Part shown: positions 49,034 through 60,600 of the stretch, in pieces
How the letters are laid out: each line of letters opens with the position of its first letter
How positions within the stretch are numbered: position 1 is the first letter of the stretch
Assembly: GCA_038889075.1 (NCBI GenBank)
Contig: JAWAHS010000003.1
Location: 49,621 to 113,620 of the forward strand
Reading direction: 5' to 3'
Source of the DNA: Ignisphaera sp.
Lineage (GTDB): Archaea > Thermoproteota > Thermoprotei_A > Sulfolobales > Ignisphaeraceae
DNA: 64,000 nucleotides
Program-made: the position numbers and the translations under genes
The notes under the pieces: generated by a model
What the model was told of the DNA's origin: nothing
The model's database searches: none
Seen by the model: the letters and a program-made list of their open reading frames with translations, nothing else

Positions 49034-50554
49034 TTAGGCGAAGTGCTTTGCCATCTCTTCATTGCCAGGGATTTTTAGTATTGCGTCAATGGTTTCTTCT
49101 ACCTGCTTTGTCGTTTTAGTCCTTGGATCTACTATAAGCCAATTAAATAGCGTATCTCTACCACCCTTTAGGAATGCTTCTAAGGCCCATTCCATTCTCA
49201 TTAATCTAGGAATTATCACATACTTATACACTTTACTATGTAATGGTACTAGCGGTTTTCTATGTACACCCTTTCCATCCACTCTAGCAGGAATCTCCAC
49301 GGCTACATTATCTGGTATTCCTGAGATTGCTCCATTATTTAGTATGTTAATTTGTATTGGAACAGGTATTGGAGGCGTTCCTGGATACGGTAAAGATATG
49401 TAGTAGTATTCCTTCGGATTATCATTAACTATAGCATCTATTATTTCTACAAGTTGTTCTCCACTTGGCTTTGGAGGAAATGATTGAAGTAGTGGCGTAG
49501 ATGTATCATATACTGCTTTTGTGAGTTCTTCTAAGTGCCTCTTAAGTGCAGCTAAATACATTGCCCATCCAATTTCTGAATCCGGTCCTCCATACGGACC
49601 ATACCAGTACTGTTTTGTTTTTAGATCCCAGTGGTACTTCCATGTACCACCCCTAACGCTATCGCCAATCGGTAATAACCCATAGATCTTGTACATATCT
49701 ATAGCAGCCGGAGATAGATCCACATCAAATGGACTTATAACATACTCTTTCCATATTCTCCAGTATTCCTCAGCGTCCTTTTCAATCCATTCATCGATAT
49801 ATTTGTATGCATCTTCACCTCTATACTTAAACTTTGTTAACCATATTACATGATTGAACCCGGACATCTCTACTTCAATGTCCTTTGGATCAAGCAGTGA
49901 GAGAATAGTAGTATAGCATTCGGCATCGTGAGCACCACATTTACTTACAATTCTTTTACCGAGTTTCTCTTCAGATAGTCTCATACCGAGGATTTCGACC
50001 GCCTTTAAAAACCCCATGTGTCCATGACATAGTCCTATGTGTTTTACCTTTGTAACTCTATTTATTAATGTAGCTAGCTCAAATACTGGATTTGCAACGT
50101 TTATGAACCACGCATCTGGAGCTAGCTCCTCGATATCTCTAGCAATATCTAGGGTAAGCTTAAATTGGTAATAGCCCCAAATGGTATGGTAATCCGATAC
50201 CATGTTCCATTCAACACTATTTATCCCTCTATAGTATCCATGTTTTTCTGAAACCTCTCTTAACACCTCATAGTAGCCATGACCGCCAGCCATAGCTGAA
50301 TTTATAACAAAGTCCGCTTCCTTTATAGCCTCTCTTCTATCCTTAGTTGCATAGATTTTTGTAGAAAGTTTAAGTTCTTCAACATACCTCTTAGCAAATG
50401 TTGTAATCAGATGAAGCCTCCAATCACTTATATCCATAAGCCATATCTCTAGATCCCTGCTCCTTAGATTTTTATTTATGAGTAGATCTATTACAACCCT
50501 ACTAGACCAAATAGCACTACCAGCACCGATGAACGCTATCTTTAACTTATCCAT
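49034..50554 (-). CDS. Glycoside hydrolase family 4 (NAD-dependent alpha-glucosidase/galactosidase/glucuronidase)
   Basis: KIAFIGAGS, ADFVIN, ANP, GLCHG, GFNH. Confidence 0.93.
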   Translation of the reverse strand: MDKLKIAFIGAGSAIWSSRVVIDLLINKNLRSRDLEIWLMDISDWRLHLITTFAKRYVEELKLSTKIYATKDRREAIKEADFVINSAMAGGHGYYEVLREVSEKHGYYRGINSVEWNMVSDYHTIWGYYQFKLTLDIARDIEELAPDAWFINVANPVFELATLINRVTKVKHIGLCHGHMGFLKAVEILGMRLSEEKLGKRIVSKCGAHDAECYTTILSLLDPKDIEVEMSGFNHVIWLTKFKYRGEDAYKYIDEWIEKDAEEYWRIWKEYVISPFDVDLSPAAIDMYKIYGLLPIGDSVRGGTWKYHWDLKTKQYWYGPYGGPDSEIGWAMYLAALKRHLEELTKAVYDTSTPLLQSFPPKPSGEQLVEIIDAIVNDNPKEYYYISLPYPGTPPIPVPIQINILNNGAISGIPDNVAVEIPARVDGKGVHRKPLVPLHSKVYKYVIIPRLMRMEWALEAFLKGGRDTLFNWLIVDPRTKTTKQVEETIDAILKIPGNEEMAKHFA

Positions 50555-50959
50555 CCCCTTGCACCCGCTACTTAATGTGTAGGATTGGTTTAAATAGTTT
50601 CCGCTAATTAAGGAGGTGCAATTTTAATCAAAATTCTTCAGCATGTAGATTAGCTTACACTAAAAATAGTATTTCAAAAATCTCTTTTAATCTACTTTTC
50701 AATTAGATGGACTAGTAGTTATTTTGTTCAGTTTTTAAATAGGGAAGAAATTAACAATAACGACTAAATTAACTATATACGTCTTCGCAAGCGCCAATGC
50801 ATACCCTATTCTATTACTATATGAAAGATCCTCAATGGAGCTCTTAATATTTATATAATGTATTAATGGCCTAAACTCTATAAAGATCGGCTAAGTTTGC
50901 CTATTCAATGGACTTAATTTAGCTTATTAACACCATTTCTAGAAGGTATTTAATTTTGA

Positions 50960-52378
50960 GTGAAGCAAATGTTTGTTAAAATCATTGCTTCAATAGGTCC
51001 TTCAAGTGGTAATGAGAAGACTATAAATGATATGATTAGGATGGGCGTAAATGGATTTAGGATTAACTTCTCACATGGTTCTCCAGAGGAATGGAAGAGG
51101 TATATTGAATACATTAGAGGTGGTGAGAGTAGATATGGAAGGTTTGTAGCTTTGATAGGAGACCTGCAAGGACCATCACTAAGAATAGGTATTATCAAGA
51201 CGCCAATTAATGTAAAAAAGAATGACATTGTCAGAATATTTCTGGGAAAAGAAAGTGACGGCGGGACACAGCTTGCTATACCTATGCCTATACCCAGATT
51301 TTTTGAATACGTAGACGTAGGCGACATCCTTGTAATGGATGATGGTAGAACAAAGCTTCGAGTAGTCGATAAAGGTAACGATTACGTAGAGGCTCTAGCT
51401 CTTACAAATTCTACTATAACATCTAGAAAGACCATTACTATCCAGGGTAAGGATATAGATCTACCTCCCATTAGCGAAAATGATATGTCCAATATCAAGT
51501 TTGCACTAGAAAACGATTTCGATTACATAGGTTTGAGCTACGTTAGAACTGTTGAAGATATAGCATTATTAAGGGATATACTAAAGAGAGCTGGGAACAG
51601 CGATATAAATATAATTACTAAAGTAGAGACTCGAGGTGCTATAAATAACCTCGATGCCTTGATCCGTGAAAGCGATGCTATTCTTGTAGCACGGGGAGAT
51701 TTAGGAATGAATTTTGGTCTAGAAGAAATACACATACTGCAAAAGCTTATTGTAGATAGATGCCTAGAATATAGAAAACCCGTCATAGTTGCTACGCAAT
51801 TACTTGAGTCCATGACTGAGAATCCTATTCCGACAAGAGCTGAGGTAGTTGATGTTAGTATCGCTGTTGAAGCTGGTATAGATGCGTTAATGCTTACCGG
51901 AGAAACCTCTGTTGGTAAGAATCCGCTGGATGCGGTCCTATGGCTCAAAAAAATAATCGAATTTGTTGAAAGAAATGCACTACCGAGGAACTTCGATACG
52001 ATTATAGCAAAAGCTAGAAGAAATCTGGATATGATACAACTAAAATTTGCAAAGGGAGTACTGGAACTCGCTGAAGATATTAATGGAAAATTAATTGTAT
52101 TTAGTATGCATGGAAATACAGCAAAACGAATTTCCTCACTTAGACCTACAATACCCATTTACGTAGGTTCACAAAATGTAAAAATACTTAGAAAGCTCTC
52201 AATACTATGGGGAATCCATCCATCATATATAGAGTCTCAAAGCTATGAAGAGGGTTTGAAGGAAGCCTTGGCAAAAGCTATAGAACAGGGTTTTGTAAAC
52301 TATGGCGATTATGTTGTATTAACATACGGTCTAAGGGAACCTAGACAGAGGGTTGAAATACAGCGTATAGCGGTCTAG
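50960..52378 (+). CDS. pyk: Pyruvate kinase
   Basis: KIIASIGP, RINFSHG, DLQGP, KVE, ARGDLG, ATQLLESM, PTRAE, MLTGET. Confidence 0.97.
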   Translation: MKQMFVKIIASIGPSSGNEKTINDMIRMGVNGFRINFSHGSPEEWKRYIEYIRGGESRYGRFVALIGDLQGPSLRIGIIKTPINVKKNDIVRIFLGKESDGGTQLAIPMPIPRFFEYVDVGDILVMDDGRTKLRVVDKGNDYVEALALTNSTITSRKTITIQGKDIDLPPISENDMSNIKFALENDFDYIGLSYVRTVEDIALLRDILKRAGNSDINIITKVETRGAINNLDALIRESDAILVARGDLGMNFGLEEIHILQKLIVDRCLEYRKPVIVATQLLESMTENPIPTRAEVVDVSIAVEAGIDALMLTGETSVGKNPLDAVLWLKKIIEFVERNALPRNFDTIIAKARRNLDMIQLKFAKGVLELAEDINGKLIVFSMHGNTAKRISSLRPTIPIYVGSQNVKILRKLSILWGIHPSYIESQSYEEGLKEALAKAIEQGFVNYGDYVVLTYGLREPRQRVEIQRIAV

Positions 52379-53691
52379 GCTTTTACAACTGATATAATCT
52401 CTTTTTCACTCAACTTTATAACTTTAAAGTAATCGCTACTTATACTTCTCAAATCCTCATTTTCACCCATGATCATTACTGTTACAAGCTTTGTCTTAGT
52501 ATGCTGTAGAGCTTTTTTAACTAAACTTCTAGCAATTCTATCCTCACCATCCGTTATTAATATGATCTCACTCAGTTCCCTAGTTCTTAGCTTCGCAATA
52601 TCATTGCAAGCTGTTATTAAGGCCTTGGAGATGTCGGTCCCACCACCATTTTTAACCATAGCAATGTACTCTACTAACTTCATAGCCTCAGAAGGTCTGG
52701 CACTAGGACTAATCTTAAATAGTTCATATGGTTCTGAATCAAAAAACCGTATGTAGAAGAATCTATGTTCAGCTCTGCTCTTCATAAACAATGCTAGTGC
52801 AGTAGCCTTAGCCCACAGAATTTTATTACCATCCATGCTACCAGATTTATCAACTAGTAGATATATAGGTCCTATATTCATGTGTATTATTTTCTCGAAA
52901 AGTAGAAGATTACCATCAGCAAGTTTTATATAGAAATATAGTTGTGGATATGCAAACTCTGTATACACTATCCTCTCAATATCTGATCCCTGAGTATACC
53001 CCTCAACTTCTCCTCTTTGGTATACAATTTTCTTTTTCCTTGTCACGGCAGTAACATCAGGAACTTTAGCTAACAACATCAATATATTTTTGATATCGGT
53101 ATTTTTAACAAGCCTAATAACGCTCGCCACATCATCTTCAAGATTAAGAACGTGACCTACACCGGCCTTATACCCATAGACAAAATGTTCTACATCTTTT
53201 ATAGTTTCTGCGCTGTCTAATGTTTTTCTAATAGCTTTTTTAACCAAACTCTCTATATCCTTGCCTTCACTTCCATCACTTTCCTTAGCATCTCTATCCT
53301 GCTCCTTGCTACCACTTCTATTCCTTCCACTACTCTGTGAAATAATTCTTTCACTTTTACCCTCAAGATCTTCTATAACATTTATTAAAAATAGAGTTCC
53401 TAATGCAACAGAAGCAAAGCTATCTGCTACTGTATAAAGCCTTAGCTTTCTTGCATCTTTATCAGTCAATATTGTTTTGATTATCTTATAGTGTTTCTCG
53501 GTACCAATAGAAATTTGAGATAAGTCGTTTAAGCTTGGAAAAGGAAGATATAGCGAGTAATAAACATCAATTGCGAGATCTAGTGGAATATCTCCACGAT
53601 TTTTTAACCTCCTTAAGTTGTCAATGATCTTCTGACCTTTATAACGTGTAAATGGATCTTGGTAGTCTATGTGTTTTAAAACTCCTGGCAT
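52375..53691 (-). CDS. VWA-domain protein (ViaA/CoxE-like)
   Basis: DKSGSM MIDAS, GGGTDI, ILITDGED. Confidence 0.9.
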   Translation of the reverse strand: MPGVLKHIDYQDPFTRYKGQKIIDNLRRLKNRGDIPLDLAIDVYYSLYLPFPSLNDLSQISIGTEKHYKIIKTILTDKDARKLRLYTVADSFASVALGTLFLINVIEDLEGKSERIISQSSGRNRSGSKEQDRDAKESDGSEGKDIESLVKKAIRKTLDSAETIKDVEHFVYGYKAGVGHVLNLEDDVASVIRLVKNTDIKNILMLLAKVPDVTAVTRKKKIVYQRGEVEGYTQGSDIERIVYTEFAYPQLYFYIKLADGNLLLFEKIIHMNIGPIYLLVDKSGSMDGNKILWAKATALALFMKSRAEHRFFYIRFFDSEPYELFKISPSARPSEAMKLVEYIAMVKNGGGTDISKALITACNDIAKLRTRELSEIILITDGEDRIARSLVKKALQHTKTKLVTVMIMGENEDLRSISSDYFKVIKLSEKEIISVVKA

Positions 53692-53693
53692 CT

Positions 53694-54875
53694 CTATCTT
53701 CCTTCCATTTTCCTTTTGATCTTTTCTAGTACTTCATTAATGTTTTCTATAACCTCTGCTCCTTTTTTATGTACTTTTTCATCATTTGTTTCTCTGACCA
53801 TTGATAGTACTCTATCTCTTGTGGATTCGAGATCCCTATATATTTCAAGCAATCTATATTCTATGAATCTTGAATTTATATTTGGAAAGGAAACAATGTA
53901 ATTGTTGACCTCCTTTATGCTAACAGCTATTTCTTCGAGTTCCCTCAGATATCTATAAGAAGTTTTCAGCTCTTCAGAGAGAATTATGTTAACCCTCTCA
54001 AAATCATCTATATCGTGGGGTACTATAAATTTTAGTGCCATTAAATCCTCTTCATTGGCTGTTAATCTATTGTTAAGTATAGCGTGTGCTGCTATGACCT
54101 TTAATGCTTTTCCCTTTCTTCTATCCGTAATATGGAGGTTTTTGGACTCAAGTATTGAGAATATTTTTAGAAGTTTGCTTTCAACAGCATCGAAATCGAC
54201 CATATATATTAGTTGATTTATATTTTCTAAGGTAGTTCTATCTAATGTTATCTCAGATTGTGGGTAGCCATACTTTTCAATACTCCACGAATGCTTTAAT
54301 AGATCCTTCCACATATCCTCCGATAATGGCCTGACATAATGTCTTAACAAAAATCTGTCATAGAGCGCCTCGAGTTCAGGATCTTGAGGTACTTCATTGC
54401 TTGCACCAAAAAGGCTCCAGAGCATTACCTTAATCTCTGTGTACCCATCGTAGAACAAACGTTCATTCATAATCGTTAGTAATGTATTCAAAATAGCTGA
54501 ATTGGCCTTGAATATTTCATCTAAGAATACTATCTCCGCTTCTGGCAACTTATGGGCCGTAATCCTTACGTATTTTCCCTCTTTCAAAGCATTTATATCT
54601 AGAGGACCAAATAGTTCAGCCGGTTCTGTATATTTCGTCAATAGATAGGTAAAGCACTTCATATTAAGTAGCTGCGCAGCTCTTCTAATCAAAGCACTTT
54701 TTGCTGTACCTGGTTCACCAATGAGTATGGCATGCTCCTTTGTAAGTAGCGCTAATAATACAACCTTAGATTCTTCTTCTCTACCAACAAACGGTTTAGA
54801 AAGTTCACTAAGCGCTTGCGGAATTAATTTTAAATAGTTTACATGATCCTCCATAATGCTCATCATATTATCCAA
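53694..54875 (-). CDS. MoxR/RavA-family AAA+ ATPase
   Basis: GEPGTAKS, FLDEIFKANSAILN, ASNE, ALYDRF. Confidence 0.93.
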   Translation of the reverse strand: MDNMMSIMEDHVNYLKLIPQALSELSKPFVGREEESKVVLLALLTKEHAILIGEPGTAKSALIRRAAQLLNMKCFTYLLTKYTEPAELFGPLDINALKEGKYVRITAHKLPEAEIVFLDEIFKANSAILNTLLTIMNERLFYDGYTEIKVMLWSLFGASNEVPQDPELEALYDRFLLRHYVRPLSEDMWKDLLKHSWSIEKYGYPQSEITLDRTTLENINQLIYMVDFDAVESKLLKIFSILESKNLHITDRRKGKALKVIAAHAILNNRLTANEEDLMALKFIVPHDIDDFERVNIILSEELKTSYRYLRELEEIAVSIKEVNNYIVSFPNINSRFIEYRLLEIYRDLESTRDRVLSMVRETNDEKVHKKGAEVIENINEVLEKIKRKMEGR

Positions 54876-54888
54876 CTTTTAGTATATT

Positions 54889-56457
54889 CTAGTAGTACTT
54901 AAAGAGTATATATGCTAACAGTTCTAAATTAAAATTGATATTTCTATAACATTCGCTACTATTTTTAAACTCTGTACCTATAGGAAGTGGGATTATATTT
55001 TCATTACATTTAATTAGATCTGTACCCTCTCGTATACCAAGTTTCTTACCTATATCTCTATCCACGTAGGATGTGTTTATTATCCTATTAAATAGATTTA
55101 TGAAGTACATGCATTTGGGTCTCTCTAAGCGTTCTCTTAATTTATTAAACATCTTATGAACTCTGTATATATTTAACAGTAACTCAGATGGGAGAACTCT
55201 CTGCAGAATACTCTGAACATCAACATTGATATTATATACATTAATAAACTCATTGTTTCTAATACTAGCCATATAATTATTGATCAACAAATATATACTT
55301 TTAATTGTATGCCATACCACCTCTGTACTAATATTGTAGACGAAATCTCTATTACTGTGATAGACCCCCTCCTCCAGAGTCTTTTTAAATGTATTAAAAG
55401 TTACTGAAGGTATTCCAATAGATGAAAATGAAAAAGAATCAAAAATTATATCATCGTACTCAAGTAAAATATCTTTAGAATACGATGTAATCATGTTTCT
55501 TACAATGGTACTGGGTGTTGAAGCTACTAATGGTTCTTTATATACAACATCTATGTTAATGGCCAGTGCTGTATTATCCACTAGCTCATTTACATGTCTA
55601 TTAATATGGTACCTTGAACCTACAAGCCAGTAGAATGATGTTATATTCTCTGGAAATCCCTCCTCAGCCGTAAACGAGGCTAGTACTATACCATTATCTA
55701 TATTGATATCCTTAAGTATTTCTGAAAGTGCTATAATGATAGAAATACCCATGATATTATCACTACCACCACTCAACCAGTGATCATGGTGAGCAGTTAT
55801 ATAGATATATTTATCATACCTTTTGTGCAGCTTTGCAATAAAATTATATCCATATGATTTAAATCTCATCGACTTAGCATAGATCCTACTTCCAACTAAT
55901 TTATCAATCATACCTATACCTCTTCCTACATGCACCACGGGTATGTTTAGCTGTCTAGCCTCTCTATACAGAGCTACAACATTATCCAATACCACAATTC
56001 GCCTAAGACTTTCCCCTCTATCTCTAATGACTATTAATCGAGGACTATACTGACTAAGAATATACGCTACCGTAGCTATATCATCAGGATCTCTTGGTAT
56101 ATCGATTAGTATTATCTTATCAGAAATATCAATCTTTGTTATTCCTTTATTCTCTAGCTTATCTAAATCCATACTAATGATCTTATCGTAACCCACCTCT
56201 TCATCTATTACTCCTTGGTAAGGAGGGTGTATAGCACATGGATAGCTACCATTCGTGGTCTCCACCACACATACTTCTTCACGCCATGAAGTAACAGGAA
56301 CGTGTTCTATCCAGAGTTCATCTACATGGTCCTCTAGATTCTTTTTAATAATTTCTATAACCTGTTTTTCTTTATTTGTTCCCGCGATTACCTCTCCAAT
56401 ACTTTCAATTCCGCTTGCTATGCTCAGAATATAATTGATGATTCTACCATCGATCAA
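54889..56457 (-). CDS. M28-family peptidase
   Basis: AHHDHW, DN..G, FTAEEG, NID, YHS.RD. Confidence 0.85.
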   Translation of the reverse strand: MIDGRIINYILSIASGIESIGEVIAGTNKEKQVIEIIKKNLEDHVDELWIEHVPVTSWREEVCVVETTNGSYPCAIHPPYQGVIDEEVGYDKIISMDLDKLENKGITKIDISDKIILIDIPRDPDDIATVAYILSQYSPRLIVIRDRGESLRRIVVLDNVVALYREARQLNIPVVHVGRGIGMIDKLVGSRIYAKSMRFKSYGYNFIAKLHKRYDKYIYITAHHDHWLSGGSDNIMGISIIIALSEILKDINIDNGIVLASFTAEEGFPENITSFYWLVGSRYHINRHVNELVDNTALAINIDVVYKEPLVASTPSTIVRNMITSYSKDILLEYDDIIFDSFSFSSIGIPSVTFNTFKKTLEEGVYHSNRDFVYNISTEVVWHTIKSIYLLINNYMASIRNNEFINVYNINVDVQSILQRVLPSELLLNIYRVHKMFNKLRERLERPKCMYFINLFNRIINTSYVDRDIGKKLGIREGTDLIKCNENIIPLPIGTEFKNSSECYRNINFNLELLAYILFKYY

Positions 56458-56472
56458 AAGATTCCACCATTT

Positions 56473-57690
56473 TTATTCATATCTTAGGGCAACTGCTGGT
56501 GGTATTTTGGATGCTCTGTATGCTGGAAAGATTCCACCCATTATTCCTATAAGTAAAGTTAGACCCAAGGTTCTAATTATCAATTCGATGGTAATTTTTG
56601 GATTTGCCTTTATCATTAGCGAAGTTTCTGGAGAAGCCCTTAATTCGAGACCTACTGTTGCTAGAACGTGACCTCCAGCAACGCCTAATGTAATACCTAT
56701 GGCACCGCCGATAATACTCATAATTATGCTCTCCATTAATATCATAGCCAATACATGCTCACTTGTAAAGCCTAACGCTTTAAGTACACCTATCTCTCTG
56801 GTTCTCTCTATAACCGATGTTATCATAGTAGCTGCAACACCGGCTATGGCAACTGCAAATGCTGATAGGCCTGCAGAGAATGATATAAAATTCATTGCAC
56901 TGGTAATCGAATTCACAATATTTGCTATTCCTTGAAATGAAATTATTTCAGCTGAGTTTCTATATATACTCCTTAACTCGCTAACAATTTTAGCTACATC
57001 ATCGCTGCTTCTAGCCAATACAAAGATTCCACTCCATTGATTTAAACCAAAGATTCTGTGTCCAGCTTCTAGTGGAAGGAATATTGTTGTATCTGGGCTT
57101 AAAATAAATGCTCCACCAAATTCCTTAAGAATAGCTGAAACCATCACTGTTGCTCTTTTAATGGTATTCTTACCTCCTTCACTCTTCATAAATGTTATAG
57201 TTACTGCATCACCAATATCATACATCTTTTCACCTTCTTTAAAAGCGATCTGGTATCCTATAACAGCTTTCACATATTCTGATTGCGCTGGTACGCTTCC
57301 CTCATATATTTCAATGCTTTTAATTGTTTCAAATACTATGTCAATTGGTATAGCATATATAAATACTATCTTGTTCTCTCCCCCCACTTTAATCTGTGCT
57401 TGTATGGAATAGAATGGTTCTGCTCTAATGACGCCATCAATTAATCTTATAGTATTTAAATCGTTTTCCGTAAATCTATAGCCCGACGATGGGAATATTA
57501 CTATTGCATTCTGACCTAAACCTTGAATCTGTTCTATGACATATTCAGCATATCCATCAACAACGCTAGAGATCATAACTAATGCCAAGGGTCCTATGGC
57601 TATTCCTACAATAGTTAGTATTGCCCTAGTTTTCCGTTCAGTTAGCGCCTTAAATGAGAGAATGAGTATATCTATGATATAATGGAGCAC
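56473..57690 (-). CDS. MacB/FtsX-like ABC permease (probable GTG start 57690)
   Basis: R..LTIVGIAIG, SVIERTREIGVLKALG, PAYRASKIPPAVALRYE. Confidence 0.92.
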   Translation of the reverse strand: MLHYIIDILILSFKALTERKTRAILTIVGIAIGPLALVMISSVVDGYAEYVIEQIQGLGQNAIVIFPSSGYRFTENDLNTIRLIDGVIRAEPFYSIQAQIKVGGENKIVFIYAIPIDIVFETIKSIEIYEGSVPAQSEYVKAVIGYQIAFKEGEKMYDIGDAVTITFMKSEGGKNTIKRATVMVSAILKEFGGAFILSPDTTIFLPLEAGHRIFGLNQWSGIFVLARSSDDVAKIVSELRSIYRNSAEIISFQGIANIVNSITSAMNFISFSAGLSAFAVAIAGVAATMITSVIERTREIGVLKALGFTSEHVLAMILMESIIMSIIGGAIGITLGVAGGHVLATVGLELRASPETSLMIKANPKITIELIIRTLGLTLLIGIMGGIFPAYRASKIPPAVALRYE

Positions 57691-57694
57691 TATT

Positions 57695-60600
57695 TTACCC
57701 CTTATATACAGATTGCTGTACTGCAACTCTTTTCATATATCTATAGAATATTAAAGCCATGACTAGTAGAAAGAGAGATACAGCTACTATAACTAGAATG
57801 TGATTCAATTGCAGTGGCTGGCCTTGTTGTATATATGTAGTTGTAGGTGTCTCTACTGTAAAGCTTATTCTACGTTCTAACACATTTTCAATATAGTATT
57901 CATCTCTATAAACTATAGATAGCGTAACATCGTTAGGCAATCGTTCCACTCTGGCTTCAATTCTAAATGCAGATTGTGAGGCCGGATCTATATCTCCAAC
58001 TAGTGTTCTAACCAATTCCCCATCTACATTAATTCTAGCTTCAACACTCCTCGCTGTAGCAATACCATAATTAACTACAATACCTGAAACTCTCAACACC
58101 CCTCCAGAAATAATTGCTCTTACATCCTCTAGCCTCAAGTCGATAAATGGTTCAAGTAGTATCGACACGGAGGTATTAAAATACTGCATAAACCCGGAAG
58201 CATCACGATACACAACAGTGATTCCAAATGGTATCGACATATACCTCATATATGTTTGTGCCGCTCCCATTGCTATAGCCATAGGATTGTATACAAGATT
58301 ATATGAGATGTAGACCACGTTATTAGGTGGTAAGAAATCAATATACTTAATGTTACCATGAGGTAACAGCATCGATGTGTACGGTACTAAATATATATAT
58401 AAATTATATAGAGGTGATGAGCCGATATTTATAATACCTATGCTGAGTAGCGATGTACCATTGACTACCTTCACCTTTATAGGCGTAGTTATATCCACTA
58501 TCTTTGTTGAACCTAGAACTGTTATATCTATTTCTAAAGGTATTCTTCTAATACAATTCCAATGATCAATGAAATTGAGATACGCTTTAGCAGGATATAT
58601 TCCTGGCTTATCTATCAATACGTTAAGCTTTACATAGAAATACATTAAACTACCATATTCAAAACTCTGACCTATACTACCTTGTTGAATTATCTGTGAA
58701 ATGTAATTCATAATCGTCTGCTGATAGCCGATTGGTGAAATCGTATAATATTCGGCTACATTCATGTTCGTAGCAGGTATTTTTGCATAGGATTGATTGG
58801 TAGCTGAATATGTAAATCCTTTTGGCAGATGTAGCTCGAGTATTGCCCCCTTGATTAAGGGATTATAGTTATTTCTAATAGCTATAGCTAACATAGCACC
58901 ATAGGTACCTAGCTCTGGTGTAGCACCGATCCACTGTACCGATACTACACTAATACTATCACTAGGATCGTTTACTAAAATTTTTACTGGATGCTTTTCA
59001 ATAATAGCAGTATTGGGAGTACCAGTCTCGACTATATACTCCATCATTAATGTAGCATCATATCTACCAGGCTCAATATCGCCAATATTTATTTGGAAGG
59101 TTGCGGTAAACTGTTGAAGACTGTTTATAGGACCTGGTATATATGATGTTACTCTATCCCCCTCTTTTGAAGAAAATCCGTTGGGTAAGCTCAATACTAA
59201 TTTTACCCCAGATACTCTGTACGGCCAGTTATTTACGGCTGTTATGAAGTAGGTTGCGTTATTCGTATTGGGATACGCAGGCCAGTCATTCAGCCATCCC
59301 CAGTCTACTATTTCTAGACCCTTTCCACTGGCACCTCTATCTATATATAAGCTGATATTGTATCCGGTTCTGTCACTGATGTTGGTTCCATACAATGTGA
59401 ATATGTAATATATATTCACATAGAACTCTATCCTATCTGTAGAAACATTTGATAGATCTACATACAAAGTCGTAGAACAGCTTCCACCCACATTCAGTAC
59501 TGGTGTACAAACCGCCCTTCTATTCAACATAGTAACATTTTTATCAATAGGTTCTAACTCCACCTCTACTCCATTAACAGGATGTGGACCGCCATTTGTG
59601 ACAATCACTGTTAGTGGTACATTACGTTGACCTTCTAGAACTCTAACTGGCGTTTGAATACCCCAGTACCATGTTGTAGGTCTCACACCAGATTTATAAT
59701 AATTGTAAGATGCTATAGCTATAGGGATCTCCAGCACATCGCTATATATAGCAATAGCATTTCCCCTTTGAATTCCATATTCAACCTCTATTACAATAGT
59801 ATAATTGTATGGCCGTGCTGATGGTTCGACATCAACATTTAGTACAAGTGAACAGGTGCCCGATGGTGCACTACCATATAGACACGTACCTGAAATATCG
59901 TTAACTCTAATAATGTGTGGGGTGTAATATGCTTTAGGTCTCATCCATGAAATTGAATATGTTTTTATATTGACTAAGTCTATGTTTATAGAAATGCTGC
60001 GTGCTGATGGTAGAAGTGGTGCATATACACCACCGTATTGTGTATGAATCGCTCCAATAACGAATACCTTCAATACAGGAAGCATACACAGTTCCACAAT
60101 ATAATCTTCTTTTACTCTATAGTACATACCATAGCTTTGAATTATACCAATGAGCGATACTCTAGCTACTATCCTATTAATATGAGTTCCATTCACCTCT
60201 ATGTCTGTGAAAATAGCTGTAAACGTGTTACCATAGTTTATAGGGCCGGCTAGTGTTGTTATCGATCTATTCCTCCCATCTATGAATCTAACATTTATTC
60301 CATCAAATTCTAATTGAATTATCAGAGAACTTATTGTATCTATATTAAGGGATTGCAGAGTTAAATATGCTGTCGCACCACTTGTTGTAGACGATACTAT
60401 GTCGTTCTGCCATCCGCTATCAACTAGAGTTACGTTCAGTCTAGGGTTGTAGACAGGTAGTAAAAGGGAGAATGTTCCATCATACCAAAAGCTCTGCGAA
60501 CCGGTGGTTAAACCTCTTACTCTTACTACTATCGGATATACACCTTCATCATGTGCTATAATATCTATATTTGGTACCTCGACATATATGGTCTGTCCAT

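Noticed and set aside
51538-52158. 206-aa antisense ORF (and similar ones at 23988, 38015 and 46751)
   Set aside because: Shadow ORFs opposite longer ORFs or conserved genes; no motifs
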